Source: a virus
IMG/VR virus record: IMGVR_UViG_3300013137_000011
Coordinates: 14,803 to 78,802 of that record
Direction: 5' to 3' (one strand)
Length of the DNA: 64,000 nucleotides
This document shows positions 26,681 to 36,455 of the stretch, one piece after another; the first letter of the stretch is position 1; each line of letters begins with the position of its first letter. Under the pieces are notes generated by a model, which saw nothing but the letters and a program-made list of their open reading frames with translations, was not told where the DNA came from and made no database searches. The position numbers and the translations under genes were made by a program.

Positions 26681-28698
26681 TACTTTTTCCTCCTTATATC
26701 AATCCAAAGTTGATCTCCAGAGTGATGTTTGATTACTGGTTTACAATAAATAATTTCATATCCAAATACATTTGCAAGATGCTCTAAACTACTTTTGTTA
26801 TAAACAATGGTATGTTCACCAACAAAAGAAGCATTTAGGTATATCCAATTATTATTTCTTTCATTCCATTTATCTGTATCTGGAGTTATAATTGAAATTA
26901 CTCCATTTTCTGTTAACAACTCTTCAAGTTTCTCGAATAGTTTTATAGGATCATGTATATGTTCAATAACATGATTCATTAATATTAAATCATACTTATA
27001 TTTATTGTCAAAGTTTTCTACTGTTTTATCATATACATTTATTTCTAATTTATCATAAGTTAGTTTATAGTTGTCTCCGGTTTCTAATCCATCTGATATC
27101 CATCCTAACTTTTCCATTTTATCTACTATAGTTCCTGCTCCACAACCAACATCAAGAAACCTTCCTATATTTCCATAATGTTTATTAAATCTATTGTTTA
27201 ACTCAACAGCCAACTCAGATTCACGTTTTCTATAATCTTTTGTAAGATAACATCCAGTATACGATTTATCGTCATAGTATTTAGAACCATCTACAATAAT
27301 ATCTGTATATATTGCTTCACAGTTCTTACATCTCAAGAATTTAATGTAACTTCTCCTCATTACAAATTCACATTCAGTATCTCCACATACAGGACAATAC
27401 TCACGATATCCAGTATATGTTTCATCTTCTATATCTTTTAACTCAACAAATGGAGTTGAATCCATTGGAACTAAATCAATAGTTTTCTGTATTTCTTTCA
27501 TTATTTCATCAATTTTAAATTGTTTCATACAATGTGGATAATTTGGGATCCCTCCTGTATCTAAACATGAGTGTCCGTGCAACATGCATGGACCACATTT
27601 ATCAGTTTTTTGAATCCATCTTCCATATTTGTAATATCTCATTCTAAGATCACCATCAAAAGGACCATATAAACCTAAACAAGGTTTATCAAATGCTCCT
27701 GCAATATGAACACAACAACTATCTAGACCAACAACAAATTCACAATTCTTAATAAATAAAATAATTTCTCTAAGAATAAGTTGATCTGGAAATATGATCT
27801 TCTTATCAATATCATCAAACACCTTACTATCAAATCCAATCTTATTTCCACATTCCTCGCATCTTACTATGGTGTAGTGTATTCTTGGTCCTACATTTAA
27901 ATCAACAATCTTTCCACAAGAACTACACTTTTTTTCTTGATAATATTTATATATAGACTTATCTCCAATCATTATAACATAATATCCATACTTTTCAACA
28001 ATTTCTCTAGCCAATTGAATCATCTTCGGTATTTCAAGATTTCTTAACATAGATGACGTTTCATACTGAAGTACAACAAACTTTTCTTTATTCATATCTA
28101 TTTTATATATCTTTTTAAGATTCTTCTTAAATACTTTCATCTCTTTATCTGTAACATATAATGTTGGATTTTTCTCTTCGTCACTCATTTCATTAATTGG
28201 TGCGCCGACACAATCTAAGAATATATCATAAACATTATAAAGTTGTGCAAATGGATTTAATGTTATTTCTCCGTCAAAACAGAATACCATATCATATTCA
28301 TCGGTAGAAATGTTATGGTAAACTTGTTTTGTTTCTTCTATATTTAACAGAGTTAAATCTGTATTATTCATGAACACATCTGCTCCACGAGCAGAAGAAG
28401 ATACTGTAATCATGCAATTTGGATATTGTTTATGAAACCATTTGATCGCAGGCGTCATAAAAAGAACATCACCAACACCACCATGATGTATAAATAACGC
28501 AGTTTTTGGATCTTGATGTACCGATCTTTTAGTGCCAATTGGAGTTATATCTTTAAATCCAAGATGTCTAATAAAATAATTCTTCCAATATTGTTGTTCT
28601 ACAAATACAATACCATTAGAAAATCTATGTTCATATGCTTTTCCTGTTGCGTTTGAAGGAAATTTTTTACTTTTATTAGAATCAAGAATCCATGTCAT
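26680..28698 (-). CDS. GT9-like glycosyltransferase fused to zinc ribbons and a class I methyltransferase
   Basis: GGVGDVLFMTP; VGLDSCCVHIAGAFDKP..GLYGP; CSSC/CEEC insert; CPVC/CKNC; FLDVGCGAG; HVIEHIHDP. Confidence 0.88.
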   Translation of the reverse strand: MTWILDSNKSKKFPSNATGKAYEHRFSNGIVFVEQQYWKNYFIRHLGFKDITPIGTKRSVHQDPKTALFIHHGGVGDVLFMTPAIKWFHKQYPNCMITVSSSARGADVFMNNTDLTLLNIEETKQVYHNISTDEYDMVFCFDGEITLNPFAQLYNVYDIFLDCVGAPINEMSDEEKNPTLYVTDKEMKVFKKNLKKIYKIDMNKEKFVVLQYETSSMLRNLEIPKMIQLAREIVEKYGYYVIMIGDKSIYKYYQEKKCSSCGKIVDLNVGPRIHYTIVRCEECGNKIGFDSKVFDDIDKKIIFPDQLILREIILFIKNCEFVVGLDSCCVHIAGAFDKPCLGLYGPFDGDLRMRYYKYGRWIQKTDKCGPCMLHGHSCLDTGGIPNYPHCMKQFKIDEIMKEIQKTIDLVPMDSTPFVELKDIEDETYTGYREYCPVCGDTECEFVMRRSYIKFLRCKNCEAIYTDIIVDGSKYYDDKSYTGCYLTKDYRKRESELAVELNNRFNKHYGNIGRFLDVGCGAGTIVDKMEKLGWISDGLETGDNYKLTYDKLEINVYDKTVENFDNKYKYDLILMNHVIEHIHDPIKLFEKLEELLTENGVISIITPDTDKWNERNNNWIYLNASFVGEHTIVYNKSSLEHLANVFGYEIIYCKPVIKHHSGDQLWIDIRRKK

Positions 28699-28726
28699 TT
28701 TTATTATTCTCCTTTTATTTTATTAT

Positions 28727-28755
28727 GAGGGGATTTGAGGTTATCTCCTCCCCTC
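28727..28755 (-). promoter_or_regulatory. conserved-loop hairpin (GAGATAAccTCAAA)
   Basis: gagggga/tcccctc stem, 12 nt after the upstream stop. Confidence 0.6.
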
Positions 28756-28767
28756 CAACTTTCAAAA

Positions 28768-29193
28768 CTATTGGATAGTAAGAGTAAATACAGAACTAGT
28801 GCTAGGTGGGGCGGCCCCAAGAGTAAATACAACCGCATCGGTAGATGCAAAGTAAACCTGATTCATATCGGTTGCATCAGTAGCATCAGTAACATTATCG
28901 TTACAAAAAATACCATCAACCATAGGATGAACGCCAAACGCAGTAGGAGTCAGCGTTCCAGTTGCAGTAAATACCTTATTAGTTCCATTACATAATCCAC
29001 CTGCCATACCCATCACGGATGGCTTACCAGATACTCCCGCTGCAAGATGCGAAGCCTGAATAACTCCTGCGCTGATATGACTACCAACAACGGCGTCAGC
29101 AGAGATATGGCTACCAACTACGGCGTTATCGGCAATCAGAGTACCACCAACAGAACCCGCAAGACCTCTTGCTCCTAAATCAATTCTTCCCAT
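28768..29193 (-). CDS. small fibre or decoration protein
   Basis: AVVGSHIS repeats; AGGAGG RBS; codon usage like the capsid gene. Confidence 0.6.
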   Translation of the reverse strand: MGRIDLGARGLAGSVGGTLIADNAVVGSHISADAVVGSHISAGVIQASHLAAGVSGKPSVMGMAGGLCNGTNKVFTATGTLTPTAFGVHPMVDGIFCNDNVTDATDATDMNQVYFASTDAVVFTLGAAPPSTSSVFTLTIQ

Positions 29194-29214
29194 TTTGGTT
29201 TCCTCCTTTCTTAG

Positions 29215-30348
29215 TTATTTCCACCATCTTAATACTATCTTATCTCCTTCAGAGATAGAACCTAGACCGCCTATATCAAATGTAATCGATCTATCATTTG
29301 TTTCGGTATATTCATCACCAAGCCAACAAAATGAACTTTGCCATTCAACTTGCATTGAATCATCCCCAACAGTATATACGCTACTAGTGCTTACTATTCC
29401 AGATGCTGCCTGTGCAGCAGATATGATTACTCTATCACAATAATGTTGATGAGTAGCACTTGTCGATACTGTTATTATCTTTCCAGATTGTGATATATTA
29501 GATGATCCTGCACCAATAATGGTAATATTTCCATTTATATAATCATAACCATCTGCTTTTATTCCAGTTACATCAGCAGAAGTTGAAAAATATACTGCAT
29601 CTCCTACATGAGTTATTCCTACAGAACCAAGTCCGATAAATGTAAGATCACCAGTTATTTCATCTCCATCTACATTAATTGACTGGACACCTGCAGATGT
29701 TGAAACTTCGTTTATTTGAGTGTATAACCAATCAAGAGTGTCCTCTAATGTTGAGGTTCCTGAAGTTGATACAATATTAGGATCGTAATAATCTAATTTT
29801 CCAGTAGTTATTCCTGCGTCTGTTGCTACATGACGATTTCTAATTGTTAATCCAGAAATTGAGTCGATTGTGAGAAGGGGACCGTCTTGGGCCGTCCCTG
29901 TGTGTTTATGTCCACTAGAGGCGTCAAAGGAGCCATATATGGAGGAGAGATATGCCTTTACCGTGGCGAATGTATACTGAGGATCCGTTCCAAGGGTTGA
30001 CTGAATTTGTGAAATCGCATCCTGAAGTTGGTTAATGTCATCAGCAACAATGTAATCGCCATCACAAAGAATAGTTATTCCTACAGTAGAATTAGCACTA
30101 GATGAATTAAACACTATTTCATTGTTTTCATAATCTATATAAAACCTATCAGATAACGTAGGAGGATTACTTGACGTTGAAATATAACCTGGTATTGTAA
30201 CAACTGAAGATGTAGAAACACTATGATGTAAATGTACTATAAAATCTGTTGCTGGAATAACATAAGAATCGGTAACGGCTGTTCCACCATCAATCTTATT
30301 CACTCTATTATAGAATATATCTAATGTACCTGGAAATAATGATAACAT
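29215..30348 (-). CDS. tail fibre / tail-tip structural protein, rich in STS motifs
   Basis: ADDINQLQDAI, GHKHTG...DGP and GVQSIN...TGD fibre motifs. Confidence 0.7.
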   Translation of the reverse strand: MLSLFPGTLDIFYNRVNKIDGGTAVTDSYVIPATDFIVHLHHSVSTSSVVTIPGYISTSSNPPTLSDRFYIDYENNEIVFNSSSANSTVGITILCDGDYIVADDINQLQDAISQIQSTLGTDPQYTFATVKAYLSSIYGSFDASSGHKHTGTAQDGPLLTIDSISGLTIRNRHVATDAGITTGKLDYYDPNIVSTSGTSTLEDTLDWLYTQINEVSTSAGVQSINVDGDEITGDLTFIGLGSVGITHVGDAVYFSTSADVTGIKADGYDYINGNITIIGAGSSNISQSGKIITVSTSATHQHYCDRVIISAAQAASGIVSTSSVYTVGDDSMQVEWQSSFCWLGDEYTETNDRSITFDIGGLGSISEGDKIVLRWWK

Positions 30349-30362
30349 TTGTTCACCTTCTT

Positions 30363-30863
30363 TTACTTATATTCACAGCCATCACCATATTTTTGAGTAT
30401 CATACTTATATCCCAAAAATGTATTAGATGCTCTACTAAAATATCCAGTTCTTTCTGCAAGATTTTCTAATCTTAAATAACACCAAAAATCTCCAGTAGT
30501 ACTAGCACTAATAGGAATATCTATATCTATTGATGAATCTATAAATCCACCTTCTGAAAGTGAACCTATATTTAAAATAGATCCAGAAATCATTTGTTGG
30601 CTTCCGCCTCCAAAATCACATGAAATCCAACCTTCATCTACACATTCTTGTCCATATATATTTGAAGATCCACTTATAGTTTTTTCTCCAGTATATATAT
30701 TAGCAGAAGATGAAATTACTGTAAAATAACTATCAACCTCTCCTAACATATATGACATACTAAAACTTACTGAAGAAGAATCACTAGTAAATAGATCCTG
30801 AAATTCTATTTCACTAAGGAAACTTTTATGATCGGTTTTAGTTAATTGTACTCCAGATTTCAT
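30363..30863 (-). CDS. tail structural protein
   Basis: Position; Ser-rich beta-type sequence. Confidence 0.5.
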   Translation of the reverse strand: MKSGVQLTKTDHKSFLSEIEFQDLFTSDSSSVSFSMSYMLGEVDSYFTVISSSANIYTGEKTISGSSNIYGQECVDEGWISCDFGGGSQQMISGSILNIGSLSEGGFIDSSIDIDIPISASTTGDFWCYLRLENLAERTGYFSRASNTFLGYKYDTQKYGDGCEYK

Positions 30864-30865
30864 CG

Positions 30866-32758
30866 TTATACTTCCTGATGATAATACGCATCTCTAGTAT
30901 ACGTTGAATCCCATATTGCCTTGTTAAACCCTATACACTTCAAAGTCACCCCACGTTTATCTCCAAGAGAACTATACTGTAGGGCTCCTATAAATGATCC
31001 GGTAGAAATATTGTATTGATTTATATAACTTATTTCAGATGTATAGTCATAGTCAAATAGATTTAATTTAGAATCTGTTATTATTGGAGTTTTGCATGAA
31101 GTTGAAATTGTAGATGAATTCCAATTATTTGTACCTATTAAATCAATAGAATACCAATCTGTTAATTTATCTGGATCGTTGTTTACTGTTGTTTGAGTTA
31201 TTGATGTCCTTGATTCTTCTGGATATATTATATCATCCTCACTATGTTCAAGACCACGAAATATTACTTGATCGTCTATTCCAGAATGATATTTATCAGT
31301 TAAATCATATATTCTATGATACTTTCTCTCAGTATAATTAGTAATTTCACTAGAAGCATCCCAAGTAACGCTTATATCATAATTTTTTTCTACATAGTAT
31401 GACGTTAATGTTTTTCTATTTGTTATATTTCCAGTTGATAATTCTATTGAAACAATTCTTGATTCAGATGAACTAACATAGGCCCAACTTTCAGTTCCAT
31501 CTACTTCAGAATATGGAAATGATGCTCCCTGATAAAATTTTACAGGAATAACAGCAAGATCAAATACTATATATCTTTCTTCACATATCAATACATCATC
31601 TATTATACATATTGGTTTGTATAGTTTTATATCTTTAATATATTTTATACTATACGATTCTTTGCTCATTATGGTTCCAGGAGGATCTGTGACAATAACA
31701 TATTTTTGAGCATCTATTGAGCATGAATTTATAGTTATATCATTCAATGTCCATATATTAGTTAAGTTTGATCCACTATAACAATTTATATTTGAACCAA
31801 ATTCTAAATAATTATCAAATGTAATTATATAATTATTGTTTCCAATAAAACTAATATTCCTAGAAACTTCTAATGGATTTGTACTAAAATCATAACCAGA
31901 ATATTCATCTCCAAGTATACTATTTATAACAATTTCTCCGCTTACTGTATTATATTTAGATTTAGTATTACACAAAAGACCATACGAATATTCTAACAAA
32001 CTTGGATGAATTGGATAAGGTTTTGCCGGATAGAATGTTCCAATATCTGGACCCGATCCATATTCAGTAAAACCATATATAAACGGACCATCTCCAATAT
32101 TATAAAAAGTTTCTGGATCAAAATCTATATATAAAGATAAATCTGAAGTATATGATCTTATTTTAACTCCAGTAACCTGATGATTCGCACTATACCACCA
32201 TTCATTTCCTGCATTATAACTTATAATTATCATAAAATAAGTATTATTTACAAAAGCATTTCTACTTTGAAAAGTAATATTATCGTTATCAATAACATCT
32301 TCAATAATAGACAAATCTGTTTTGTCTATACATAATATATGATCATCGTTATTTGAATCTTTATAGTGAATATATATGTATGTAGAATTAACTCCAATAA
32401 TTTCTCCAGAAGAACAATCTATTGATAATATAGATTCTAGCATTTTTATTATTGTTTCGATATCTTTAGATATACTATATTTATATAATGTTTTAGATGA
32501 ATAGTTAAATCCAAACGCATTTGTATTATCTATTACATCTATTACTTGTCCTTCATCTAATTGTTTTAAGTCTCCAGAGGTGCTAATTCCATCTTCATTA
32601 TCTACTGATTTTGTGAAACTTGAATTACTTTCAAATGTTCTAAATAATTTAGAAATCCACTTCATAATAGTAGTTCTAATTAATGGAATAACATTAGGAG
32701 TTTTGATTAACTCTATTATATTCTTATCTCTAAACATCATTGGAATATAATTTGTCAT
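30866..32758 (-). CDS. tail-tip protein, possibly a beta-propeller
   Basis: Position; repeated beta/W patterns. Confidence 0.5.
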   Translation of the reverse strand: MTNYIPMMFRDKNIIELIKTPNVIPLIRTTIMKWISKLFRTFESNSSFTKSVDNEDGISTSGDLKQLDEGQVIDVIDNTNAFGFNYSSKTLYKYSISKDIETIIKMLESILSIDCSSGEIIGVNSTYIYIHYKDSNNDDHILCIDKTDLSIIEDVIDNDNITFQSRNAFVNNTYFMIIISYNAGNEWWYSANHQVTGVKIRSYTSDLSLYIDFDPETFYNIGDGPFIYGFTEYGSGPDIGTFYPAKPYPIHPSLLEYSYGLLCNTKSKYNTVSGEIVINSILGDEYSGYDFSTNPLEVSRNISFIGNNNYIITFDNYLEFGSNINCYSGSNLTNIWTLNDITINSCSIDAQKYVIVTDPPGTIMSKESYSIKYIKDIKLYKPICIIDDVLICEERYIVFDLAVIPVKFYQGASFPYSEVDGTESWAYVSSSESRIVSIELSTGNITNRKTLTSYYVEKNYDISVTWDASSEITNYTERKYHRIYDLTDKYHSGIDDQVIFRGLEHSEDDIIYPEESRTSITQTTVNNDPDKLTDWYSIDLIGTNNWNSSTISTSCKTPIITDSKLNLFDYDYTSEISYINQYNISTGSFIGALQYSSLGDKRGVTLKCIGFNKAIWDSTYTRDAYYHQEV

Positions 32759-33042
32759 TATATCTCCATCATAGAAAACTTACTGGTTCCGAAATTATCA
32801 TATCCAGTAATAATTCTATTCCCAGACTGAGTTTTAGAAATCCTAACAATATCATTAACTTTATATAAATTAGTAGTTGTATTATCTCCTGGTCTAACTT
32901 CTATGGGTTTTTTGTAGTATGTAACATTTCCAATTCTAAAATCATATAAATTGCCAGAATATGTTTTAGTTATAATTGCACGTTCAACTGCAACATTCTT
33001 TTTTATTTGGTTCATTACCAAACCATAGAAGAAATCATACAT
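32758..33042 (-). CDS. small OB-fold / spike-like tail-tip protein
   Basis: Follows the hub gene; YKVNDIVRI...IITG. Confidence 0.45.
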   Translation of the reverse strand: MYDFFYGLVMNQIKKNVAVERAIITKTYSGNLYDFRIGNVTYYKKPIEVRPGDNTTTNLYKVNDIVRISKTQSGNRIITGYDNFGTSKFSMMEI

Positions 33043-35282
33043 TATAGTACAAACCTCAACACATCCAAATTATCCCACATTCCTTTTTTAGTCAAGTTTC
33101 TTTTTTGACTTATAACATATAGATTAAGATCAATATCAAGTCTTGTATCAACAATTCTAATAACTTTACCTTTAAGTCTGATTGGGACAGAAGGAATTTT
33201 AACATTCATTCTTCTTTTTCTAGCAACAGAAAGATTTAAAAATCCATTTGCTATATAATATGCTATTGCAGTATCAGTAATAATTTGATCTTCTATTGGA
33301 TGTAATGGTTGAACAACTCTTCCGAAAGACTGAATTTCTGATAACTTATCAACAATTACTGTTCCTGTCCAATCGGTTGGAACAGGTATTGGAGCCCCAA
33401 ATGGCTGATCGGTTGTTTTTGCGGTAACAACCCAATTATATTCTGTATCATTTATAATCTTTTTATACCTAGAAGGATCTTTACTTCCTCCAGAATGTGC
33501 ATATTTATAGGTTTCCTCTATAACATCATAGGACGGATCGAATGTCATATCAGATTGATTTTTAAAATCATATCCATCCATTGATTTACTTCTAGTATAA
33601 TCCACGGAGCATATTGGAACCGATGGAAAATAAGCAACTCCATTTTCATCAGTAGTTTTTCTAAAAGCATCAGAACTAAAAACTGGTGCAGGTTTATCAG
33701 ATCCATCTACAACTATATCTATATTAGGATATAGATATGGTCCATCTGGTTCATATAATCTTTCATTACTTACATCAGTAAATTTTGATGAATCATATGA
33801 ACTTGCTATTGTCCCCAAAGTCCCCCAAATACATACTATATCTGTATTCGTTTTCTTCTCTTTTAAATAAAACCATCTTCCAGTTTGTCCTTCTGGAAAT
33901 GTTACCGATAATGTATCTATAAGACCTTTAATTGGAGTTATATTTTCTATTCTTGTTTCAGAATATTCTTCTCCTGCTCCACTTCTATAAACAGTAGTTG
34001 TAGCATCATACCAAAGATCCCTAATTGCCATACTATCTTTTATATTAGGATTTGTTGGAACAGTATTCCAAGGCTGATATTCAGAATTGTCTGTTATTGT
34101 ATAAGGAATCCTTACTCTTCCAATATTTAATCCATAAGATCCTACAATATACTCTGCACCACTATATGAATGTGATCCATTAGATTCTTTATGTACTCCA
34201 CCATATGCTTTTAATGTAGATGAATTTATTACTGCACCAGTATTTAAAAATGACTTCTCAAAATAAACATTATCATCATTAGTATATTTAAAACTAGGCG
34301 CAGGTTCAATTCCACATGGAAGTTCATTATCTCTACTACTAAATAAATCTGATGTTATAATTCCTGCTCCGATTGTCGTAGCGTTTGCATCAGCCCAATT
34401 ATTGAAATTCTGCTCGTAAGTAGCAGGATCATCAGATCCATTAAGAGTTGGTATTTCTGGGGTATAGATATATCTATTAAAACCAGTAGGATAATAGTCA
34501 ACTACTTTTTCATGTTCATCATTCTGATTTCTATTATTATAGAATCTTTGAGTACCACTAGATATTGCTATTCTATTAAAATATTGATCTGTTGAATTTC
34601 TTTCGTTATATATTACTATATCATTATTGTCTCTTATTGTTAAAACAACATTGTTCAAATCTCTAGGTATTTTAGGTGAAAAATAAACTATATTTCCAAT
34701 TACTTGAACCTGTGCATATATTTTATTTGCAAACTCTGAAATAACATCTATTGGATATTTACCAGACATATCGTAATTAGGTAACTCCCAATCAAATGCT
34801 GAGTATATACACGACATTCCTGCAAGACCTGCACAGTATCCGATAATTGTTGATATCTTTACTTTTGTCTCGTAATACTTGTTTAGGAGAGTATTATACC
34901 ATGGATGAGCAACTTTTGCAAGCATATCACGGGACATTATTGAGAAATTTTCAGATTTAGATGTTTCAGAAAGGTTCCTATCATCAATTATTCCACGATA
35001 TATTTCTAAGTAATTATTATTATAACCCTGTTCAACTGTTATTATTTTATCACATGACAATGGTAAATTTACATTATTCATTATTCCTACAAATTCAACA
35101 TCACAAGACGACATAGGATTGTCGAGATCCTCTGAAATGGTAACACTCTTAATATCTTCTAAAACTACTCCATCTAATTTAACTCTCCAACATGGATATA
35201 GTTCTATTAATTTTCCATGATCAACTGGAAATTGATATTTTATTACTGTTAAATTTCCTATTTCTTCAGTGGTGAATCCCAT
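33042..35282 (-). CDS. baseplate hub / Tal-like tail protein
   Basis: IKSVTISEDLD, IYRGIID, SRD, YFNRI; C-terminal GKVIRIVD. Confidence 0.7.
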   Translation of the reverse strand: MGFTTEEIGNLTVIKYQFPVDHGKLIELYPCWRVKLDGVVLEDIKSVTISEDLDNPMSSCDVEFVGIMNNVNLPLSCDKIITVEQGYNNNYLEIYRGIIDDRNLSETSKSENFSIMSRDMLAKVAHPWYNTLLNKYYETKVKISTIIGYCAGLAGMSCIYSAFDWELPNYDMSGKYPIDVISEFANKIYAQVQVIGNIVYFSPKIPRDLNNVVLTIRDNNDIVIYNERNSTDQYFNRIAISSGTQRFYNNRNQNDEHEKVVDYYPTGFNRYIYTPEIPTLNGSDDPATYEQNFNNWADANATTIGAGIITSDLFSSRDNELPCGIEPAPSFKYTNDDNVYFEKSFLNTGAVINSSTLKAYGGVHKESNGSHSYSGAEYIVGSYGLNIGRVRIPYTITDNSEYQPWNTVPTNPNIKDSMAIRDLWYDATTTVYRSGAGEEYSETRIENITPIKGLIDTLSVTFPEGQTGRWFYLKEKKTNTDIVCIWGTLGTIASSYDSSKFTDVSNERLYEPDGPYLYPNIDIVVDGSDKPAPVFSSDAFRKTTDENGVAYFPSVPICSVDYTRSKSMDGYDFKNQSDMTFDPSYDVIEETYKYAHSGGSKDPSRYKKIINDTEYNWVVTAKTTDQPFGAPIPVPTDWTGTVIVDKLSEIQSFGRVVQPLHPIEDQIITDTAIAYYIANGFLNLSVARKRRMNVKIPSVPIRLKGKVIRIVDTRLDIDLNLYVISQKRNLTKKGMWDNLDVLRFVL

Positions 35283-36040
35283 TATGATCCTACCTCAAAA
35301 GGAAAGTCTGTTCTATCAAATCCAATTATATTACAATGAATAGGAATCCACAATACACTATAAATATTTCTAGTACATAATCTGAAATAATTGTCTACTA
35401 ATTGATTGTCAATATATGCTTTTATCATTGTTGTTAATGGATTCTTATGCGAATCCCATGATTCGGGTACTGTTATTTTAACCCAAAACTTTAATTTGTC
35501 TCTATTATTAAAAGTAGTTACTTCTATTGATTTAGCGTAAGTTCCTGCAACTCCAGAATTGTCTTCTGCTAAATCAGTATGTATATGACCTTCTGAAATT
35601 GCAAATCCAAAATCATCTATACTATTTAATATTGAATCTGAACGTAATATTATTCCAGGAATAACTTCTTTCATTTCTTTTAGTGGATCAAAATTCCTTA
35701 CATCGTTCAATACGTTTCTGGGATTAATATATTTTAGTGGACGGACAAAAACTATTTCTTCGTATGAATTTATTCCAAATTTAAACAGATTGTCTATTAT
35801 TGCCTGCATATTAAGTTCGCTAAGTAACTGTGATCTATTATTAAAATACCATATTGACAAATCTGGATTTACCTGCAATTTTAATTTAGTATAATTACTA
35901 CCAGTATTATTGTTTATTTCAAACCAAGTTTCAATAACATCTCCAGACTTATATTTAGTAAGATCCTCATACCAAGAAATATTTAAACTATTCTTGGTTA
36001 TTTGGGATCCTCCTTCTTTATTAAAGAAATTGATATTCAT
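35282..36040 (-). CDS. tail structural protein
   Basis: Position; KFWVKITVP Ig-like strand. Confidence 0.5.
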   Translation of the reverse strand: MNINFFNKEGGSQITKNSLNISWYEDLTKYKSGDVIETWFEINNNTGSNYTKLKLQVNPDLSIWYFNNRSQLLSELNMQAIIDNLFKFGINSYEEIVFVRPLKYINPRNVLNDVRNFDPLKEMKEVIPGIILRSDSILNSIDDFGFAISEGHIHTDLAEDNSGVAGTYAKSIEVTTFNNRDKLKFWVKITVPESWDSHKNPLTTMIKAYIDNQLVDNYFRLCTRNIYSVLWIPIHCNIIGFDRTDFPFEVGS

Positions 36041-36041
36041 T

Positions 36042-36455
36042 TTATGGTTCCTTGCATACTAAGAATGTTATTCTTGTTTTAAAGGCCCATGATCCATCAT
36101 TAAACTTAGCATTTTCCCAATCTATGTTTAGACCCTGTTTTCCAGGATGAAACCTAACAACTCTAGAATATCCATTCCAATTTGTATAAGTCCATTGATA
36201 CATAAGTTTTCTAGCATCTCTTAGATCATAAGCATAATTTTCTTTTAACCATGTTTCAATAGTAAGTTCCCTATCACACTCATGAAATCCAAAGGTTTGA
36301 AGAATTCTTTTTCCACCAATAGTATCTTCTATTTCATATCTTTCTTCATCTTCAAATAGATTTGTTGGATGTGGTTCAAGGTTAAACATAAAAGATGAAG
36401 AACTTATTCTTGTGAAAGTATACGAACCGTTATATCTTACTAGTTTTGATTTCAT
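36042..36455 (-). CDS. distal tail (Dit-like) protein
   Basis: Directly after the tape measure; EDTIGGKRILQ. Confidence 0.5.
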   Translation of the reverse strand: MKSKLVRYNGSYTFTRISSSSFMFNLEPHPTNLFEDEERYEIEDTIGGKRILQTFGFHECDRELTIETWLKENYAYDLRDARKLMYQWTYTNWNGYSRVVRFHPGKQGLNIDWENAKFNDGSWAFKTRITFLVCKEP

